From a virus: 64,000 nt of DNA. The notes below the pieces were generated by a model. It made no database searches. It had not been told where the DNA came from and saw only the letters and a list, made by a program, of their open reading frames with translations. Positions within the stretch are counted from its first letter, which is position 1, and the number at the start of each line of letters is the position of its first letter. The position numbers and the translations under genes are program-made. The stretch lies in the IMG/VR virus record IMGVR_UViG_3300029432_000352; one strand, 5' to 3'. Below, piece by piece: positions 59,145-64,000 of this stretch.

Positions 59145-59230
59145 AATCTTCTCCTTATCTAAAAAAACTCTTGTTTCATTAAAATTTAATAGTTGTATCT
59201 TCTGAAACTACCATAAAGATATGTGGTAGT

Positions 59231-59482
59231 TCACTCAATTATTTCTAATACATAATAACCAAGACATTTTTGCATTCTGGTATTAATATATTCCTTATTC
59301 TTTTTCTCATATTCAGAAAAAGATATACAAGGAAGCAATAATCGTTTTTTGCCTCTTGCATTTATATGAGAATAATAGATACCTTCACGCAATACATTTT
59401 CAGGATTTTTTAGTCCTAATAGTTTTATATACTGAATAGCGGCTAATTTTTTGTTTTTCTCCGCTAAATCAAATGCTAACAT
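59231..59482 (-). CDS. hypothetical protein (83 aa)
   Basis: ORF. Confidence 0.5.
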   Translation of the reverse strand: MLAFDLAEKNKKLAAIQYIKLLGLKNPENVLREGIYYSHINARGKKRLLLPCISFSEYEKKNKEYINTRMQKCLGYYVLEIIE

Positions 59483-59514
59483 ATTTTTCCTCCTTAATCA
59501 AATTATCGTTTCAT

Positions 59515-59712
59515 TTACTTTAATACAATTAACTCTGCTTCTTCGACATATTTCTTTGCAGCATTATATCCATTTCTATTAAGTTCACCTTCAATACTAA
59601 ACCAAAGTGAATCTAAAAAATTTGGAATAGATACAAAATCTTTGTTTGGATATTTTTCTCTATATCGTTTATACGCCGTTTTATATAATTCATCTACTAA
59701 ATCACGCTTCAT
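59515..59712 (-). CDS. hypothetical protein (65 aa)
   Basis: ORF. Confidence 0.45.
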   Translation of the reverse strand: MKRDLVDELYKTAYKRYREKYPNKDFVSIPNFLDSLWFSIEGELNRNGYNAAKKYVEEAELIVLK

Positions 59713-59735
59713 AATAATTTATCTCGCCTTTCAAA

Positions 59736-59975
59736 TCATATATTTTTAATTTCAATAATTGCATCGTGTTCTTTCGCATATTTGTAAAAATCCACCGTGT
59801 CATCGCAAGTATAGTTGTCCAAAAATTCGTCAAATGTGGTGTAATATTCCGACTGCCTTTCTTCCCAATAATTTTTTGCAAAATCTCTTGTTACTTTAAC
59901 ATAAGAAATATTATTATCGGCAATATTTTTGCGACTTATTGTATCTTTGTATACTGCAATCCATATAGTTTTCAT
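59736..59975 (-). CDS. hypothetical protein (79 aa)
   Basis: ORF. Confidence 0.5.
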   Translation of the reverse strand: MKTIWIAVYKDTISRKNIADNNISYVKVTRDFAKNYWEERQSEYYTTFDEFLDNYTCDDTVDFYKYAKEHDAIIEIKNI

Positions 59976-59989
59976 TAAATCACTCCAAT

Positions 59990-60607
59990 CTACATATACA
60001 CTTTTTTCAATTCTCTATCTTCCAATCCAATAGTACCATCAAGTAATGAAACCAACGCATTATACTGTTCATTTTCTTCAGGATAATTTGCTTCTATGTA
60101 ACTAAGGATATTCCAAATTAATCTTTGACTTGCACCGTCAATGTTGAAATTTTCTTGAATATACTCAAAAAATTGCTGTTTATTCATTGTGTCTGTTTCC
60201 TCTTTGTCTAAATTATTGTACAAATTTTGTAACTTTTCAGCAATTTTTTTTAATGCGTTCTCTTTATATTCTTCATTATGTACAAGGGCAACCACATCAG
60301 GCACTCCCGAAAACCCATTTCTCTTTGCCTCCAACATAAGATGTGTTTCTTCTTCTACATCAAAAACCTCATAGAGTGTCCATATCTCATTAGCCAAAAT
60401 TTTAGTTAATTCTTTTTTTGTCGTTGGATTATCTATTATAATTTCATTACGCCAATCCTCACAACAAGGATTATCACCTTGCATATACAACTCAATCGTT
60501 TCATCTGTTACTTCTGATATTCCAAATGAAAAATCCGTTCCGTCCGATAATTCGTCAAGATATTGTTCTAATTTGTCTGTGTTCATAATATTAATCCTCC
60601 TTCTCAA
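59990..60607 (-). CDS. hypothetical acidic protein (205 aa)
   Basis: ORF. Confidence 0.5.
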   Translation of the reverse strand: MRRRINIMNTDKLEQYLDELSDGTDFSFGISEVTDETIELYMQGDNPCCEDWRNEIIIDNPTTKKELTKILANEIWTLYEVFDVEEETHLMLEAKRNGFSGVPDVVALVHNEEYKENALKKIAEKLQNLYNNLDKEETDTMNKQQFFEYIQENFNIDGASQRLIWNILSYIEANYPEENEQYNALVSLLDGTIGLEDRELKKVYM

Positions 60608-61049
60608 TCGTCACTTTATATCCCATCTGTTTCCAAAACTTTTCCGCTGCTTGTTTACATTCGGATAAAAGATAACTATAGGCTTCTCCATAATATTCCT
60701 CCATATATGATTCTACGCACATTATTGAAGGATATTTTAAAGGCTCAGTAAAATCCCAACTACTACCTATATATGCCTCATTAACAATTCTGAAATCATC
60801 TTCGTTTGTCAACTTATACCATATATAGGTATGGTCCTCGTTTAGTTCTTCATCAATTAAAGGCATTACATTGTCTAATTTTATGATACGCAATTTTTCT
60901 GCCTTTTCGATTTTTGGTTTCATCTCGTTCTTTACCTCGTAATCTCTACACTCTGCTTCTGTATTAAATTCTGTTCCGTCATCTGCTATATATACCGGAA
61001 CTTCCTGTATTATTGCTTTTGTTTCTACTTTCATATATAACCACTCCAA
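60591..61049 (-). CDS. hypothetical protein (152 aa)
   Basis: ORF. Confidence 0.5.
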   Translation of the reverse strand: MEWLYMKVETKAIIQEVPVYIADDGTEFNTEAECRDYEVKNEMKPKIEKAEKLRIIKLDNVMPLIDEELNEDHTYIWYKLTNEDDFRIVNEAYIGSSWDFTEPLKYPSIMCVESYMEEYYGEAYSYLLSECKQAAEKFWKQMGYKVTIEKED

Positions 61050-61058
61050 TCTAAAATT

Positions 61059-61631
61059 TCAATTCAAAACTCTAACCTTAGCAATATATCTTATCCTTAT
61101 TTTATTTTGTAAAACATCGGTAACAAATATATTTGCAACTTCTTTTAAATCGGCTTCTGTACCATTATTGTCAATAACTATATCATAATCATAATTAAAA
61201 ACTCTGTCATCAGCCAAATTTGACGTAATATGTGGTATATTATCACGTTTAACAAGGATTGTTATTGCATTAAATTCTTGTACTGCTCTTTTTATTTCCT
61301 CCGGTTCTCGAATATGTAAAAAGAGTATATCTTCATCAGTCGAACTTTTAAAGGCATCAACTTTTCCTCTCATAGCTGCAAATGGTAAATCATTATATTC
61401 AGAAACAATCAATTTTAAATCACATAAAAATTTTCTGTCTCTTTCTGTTTTTGAACCTGTCCAACCTATGTCTTTTGCAATTTTTTTTATTTCATCTACT
61501 GATGAATAATTAATGACTTGTTTATTTGTTAAACGGCAATAAAATTCACTAACAAATTGTACGAATGTATCTTTGCCTACTCCACCACTACCGTTAATTA
61601 CAAATATTTTCTTACTATCAATCGTTGTCAT
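61059..61631 (-). CDS. P-loop nucleotide kinase-like protein (dNMP kinase-type, 190 aa)
   Basis: N-terminal Walker A FVINGSGGVGKDT; size typical of phage/plasmid nucleotide kinases. Confidence 0.45.
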   Translation of the reverse strand: MTTIDSKKIFVINGSGGVGKDTFVQFVSEFYCRLTNKQVINYSSVDEIKKIAKDIGWTGSKTERDRKFLCDLKLIVSEYNDLPFAAMRGKVDAFKSSTDEDILFLHIREPEEIKRAVQEFNAITILVKRDNIPHITSNLADDRVFNYDYDIVIDNNGTEADLKEVANIFVTDVLQNKIRIRYIAKVRVLN

Positions 61632-61655
61632 AATATATTCCTCCCTTTTGCTCCA

Positions 61656-61922
61656 TTAATTTGACTTGAAACGTGATTTTTCATCTTCGGTAATAATATC
61701 AGTAATGAATACTTTGATTATTTCAGCATCCTTATCATTAACTTGTGATAAAATGTGTCTTAAAGTGCTTCCAACACCTTGAATAATATCTTTGTGTTCA
61801 CCTTTTACTTCAACAACAACTTTATCTGAATCAGGATCAGATGTAATCAAGCAAAATGAACCATCTTTAAAATTTTTTGCTCTTGCTAAACGATTTACTA
61901 TTTCTGCAAATTCATTAGTCAT
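61656..61922 (-). CDS. hypothetical protein (88 aa)
   Basis: ORF. Confidence 0.5.
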   Translation of the reverse strand: MTNEFAEIVNRLARAKNFKDGSFCLITSDPDSDKVVVEVKGEHKDIIQGVGSTLRHILSQVNDKDAEIIKVFITDIITEDEKSRFKSN

Positions 61923-61938
61923 TATAATTCAACTCCTT

Positions 61939-62271
61939 TTATTTTACGATTGCTATTACATTTTCTTTATTATGACCATTGATTTTACACTTGGTTTCAT
62001 TAATGTTTTTTACGAAAACCAAAGATGTTTTATCAATGCAGTGTGACCATTTCGGTGTACCTTGATTAAATACACGTTTTAATAACAGAAATCTTGCCTT
62101 ACCGGGTTTTCTACTTGTTGCTTTGTTTATGAGATGTATAATTGTATTATGCAGTATTTCTTCTCGTTTGCGACAATACCTTTCCGGTATATTATTTTGT
62201 TCTTTTTCTGCTATTTGTAAAATCTTTTTATAATCAAGATAAGTAATATATTTCATCTTTAAATCCTCCAT
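61939..62271 (-). CDS. hypothetical basic protein (110 aa)
   Basis: ORF. Confidence 0.5.
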   Translation of the reverse strand: MEDLKMKYITYLDYKKILQIAEKEQNNIPERYCRKREEILHNTIIHLINKATSRKPGKARFLLLKRVFNQGTPKWSHCIDKTSLVFVKNINETKCKINGHNKENVIAIVK

Positions 62272-62296
62272 TAAAAATTTATATATTCATATTAAA

Positions 62297-62524
62297 TTAC
62301 TCTATTTCAACTTTTAAATAAATGGATTTACCATTTGTGCATTTAATTCTTATAGCATTTTTACTATGTTTTATTCTTAGCACACTTTTGACACAAGGTT
62401 CATAATGCTCTAATCCGTCTCCATAAGCGAATAAAGCATATAAATTATCCAGAACATCATTTTTGTCAAAATCAAAATCTCCTTTTTTAAAAGATTTATA
62501 TTGCTTATTTGTTAAAATCACCAT
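62297..62524 (-). CDS. hypothetical protein (75 aa)
   Basis: ORF. Confidence 0.5.
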   Translation of the reverse strand: MVILTNKQYKSFKKGDFDFDKNDVLDNLYALFAYGDGLEHYEPCVKSVLRIKHSKNAIRIKCTNGKSIYLKVEIE

Positions 62525-62550
62525 AATCTTTCTCCTCCTTCCTTGTTTAT

Positions 62551-62748
62551 TTAATCGTAAACAAATACTGCTCTTCCACCGAGTTTTTTTATTTCATTTG
62601 TAATATGTTCTATTTGATCAAGCATAACATCCATAGAACAAATACAAGCTCCTTCAGAAATATTACTATATATACTCCTACAATCGCTTATAGTAATTCT
62701 ACAAATATTATCATCTACCTTAATTATTCGGCATTTTATTGTTTCCAT
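62551..62748 (-). CDS. hypothetical Cys-rich protein (65 aa from ATG 62748)
   Basis: GGAGGAATTC RBS before ATG 62748; listed N-terminal extension is translated module sequence. Confidence 0.45.
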   Translation of the reverse strand: METIKCRIIKVDDNICRITISDCRSIYSNISEGACICSMDVMLDQIEHITNEIKKLGGRAVFVYD

Positions 62749-62814
62749 TAGAATTCCTCCTTTTAAAATTGCATTGTTTAATTTATATAAACAGTTCATA
62801 CTGTAAAATAGAAA

Positions 62815-62953
62815 ATAAAAAAAGAGTGATTAATCTATAAATAGGTTAAATCACTCTTTAAAAACTAAATTATTTATGTAGAAAACAGCTAATGCTATTT
62901 TCGTAAACTTCATATCTATAATTATATTATAGCATATCATAGAACAAAGTCAA
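62815..62953 (-). promoter_or_regulatory. leader module copy i (TTGACTTTG-16-TGcTATAAT; hairpin 62823-62857 + U-run)
   Basis: plus: attatagca 62916-62924, agtcaa 62948-62953. Confidence 0.5.
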
Positions 62954-62964
62954 CGCATATTTTT

Positions 62965-63630
62965 TTATATTAATAAATATTCATTTACTGCTTTAACTGT
63001 TTCTTTAAAGAATTTTTCTGTTATGAAATAATCATATTCTCCTAACAATGAAATGTGTAATATTTCTTTGTCATTATAAAGCGTATTTTCTATCATATCC
63101 CAAATATCATCATATATAAAGGTTTTGATATAATATTCGGATACACTATCTTCAGATACCCATTTTTCATTTCTTCGCTTTTCATATTCTTTTATCATCT
63201 CGTCATTTGACATATATCTATACTTATCAGCGATACTTTTGAAAAGCGGAATATCATTCCAATAATCATAATCATAATCTTGATCACAAGAATTCTGAAA
63301 TTGTAATGTACTATCAAATAAATGATATACTGATGTAGGTACAGCATATATACCTAATAGTTTTTTGTCTGCAAAGTAGAACCAACGATATTTGAATACG
63401 TGATTTTTAGCCCAAATTTCCGTCTTTCTTTCAAGTTCTTCTGCATTTTCAAGTGTTTTCAAGTCTATAAAACTTGTATCTTGATTTTCTCGCCAAACCG
63501 GACTGCATAGGCAATTTTCTTCAGCTATATTCGCATAATTTTTGCGACATTCTTGTTTATATTGCAATAAAAACAAATATAGGTCTGCCGGTTCAATGAT
63601 TTTAAAACTTATCGTACATCTGTAACTCAT
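62965..63630 (-). CDS. hypothetical protein (221 aa)
   Basis: ORF. Confidence 0.5.
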   Translation of the reverse strand: MSYRCTISFKIIEPADLYLFLLQYKQECRKNYANIAEENCLCSPVWRENQDTSFIDLKTLENAEELERKTEIWAKNHVFKYRWFYFADKKLLGIYAVPTSVYHLFDSTLQFQNSCDQDYDYDYWNDIPLFKSIADKYRYMSNDEMIKEYEKRRNEKWVSEDSVSEYYIKTFIYDDIWDMIENTLYNDKEILHISLLGEYDYFITEKFFKETVKAVNEYLLI

Positions 63631-63656
63631 AATTATATGCTCCTTTCATATTATCC

Positions 63657-63920
63657 TTATTCATAATATTTATATGTACAAGTATCATTAAACTCAGTAT
63701 CGAGAATCAATTTATTTTCTTCTTCATTCCAAAAAAGACTTGTACGCCCGACTTCGTATCCACTCTCAATTATAACTGCTCTCATTGCTTCAAGAGCTAA
63801 ATCAACCATAAATTCATATGGTTCTTTACCGTTTGGAATGGATATTGGTGTTTCAAAATCGCCGTTTGAATAAGTAATGGCTATCTGACCTCTTTTAACA
63901 TAGTCAACACCATACTGCAA
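63657..63920 (-). CDS. hypothetical protein (87 aa)
   Basis: ORF. Confidence 0.5.
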   Translation of the reverse strand: MQYGVDYVKRGQIAITYSNGDFETPISIPNGKEPYEFMVDLALEAMRAVIIESGYEVGRTSLFWNEEENKLILDTEFNDTCTYKYYE

Positions 63921-64000
63921 TCTACAAGATAAATTCTCATTATAATTTACAGTAAGCCCATTACAGATGCAATGTATCCCTTTAATATTAATTTTTTCGT

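Noticed and set aside
34536-62964. Possibility that the repeated intergenic modules are a CRISPR array or integron attC sites
   Set aside because: Copies are 1-9 kb apart with genes between them and are not short-spacer separated. Each copy contains a full promoter rather than a simple recombination palindrome. No cas or intI gene is present. The integron-cassette analogy cannot be excluded but lacks the R/L core sites.

Overview
AT-rich (~28% GC) Firmicute-type mobile DNA; SLH-domain proteins suggest an S-layer host. No rRNA, tRNA or CRISPR array was seen. (1) 1.8-20 kb, minus strand: a conjugation-like module with a VirB4-family ATPase, a TcpE/PrgI-like membrane protein, an element-encoded sigma factor and a 921-aa secreted protein. 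It is followed by two SLH proteins, a NERD protein and an SNF2 helicase. A degraded tyrosine-recombinase remnant sits at 1.0-1.6 kb. (2) 27.3-32.5 kb, plus strand: HTH replication-organizer-like proteins, an IS200/IS605-family tnpB element, a secreted stalk-domain protein and an SPFH protein. (3) 32.5-64 kb, minus strand: a dense array of ~45 mostly small genes. It resembles a plasmid leading region or phage early region. It carries SSB, XRE/ImmA, a divergent Y-family polymerase, two orphan DNA methyltransferases, a YopX gene with an in-frame amber codon, DUF551 paralogs, a pentapeptide-like repeat protein, a NYN-domain protein and several paralog pairs. The most striking feature is a ~200-bp intergenic module repeated nine times across this array. 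Each copy has a near-consensus TTGACTTCA-N16-TGnTATAAT promoter flanked by an ACTTCA/TGAAGT inverted repeat. A structure-conserved hairpin follows, then a hairpin plus U-tract (an intrinsic-terminator-like leader), a third small hairpin, and the RBS of the next gene.
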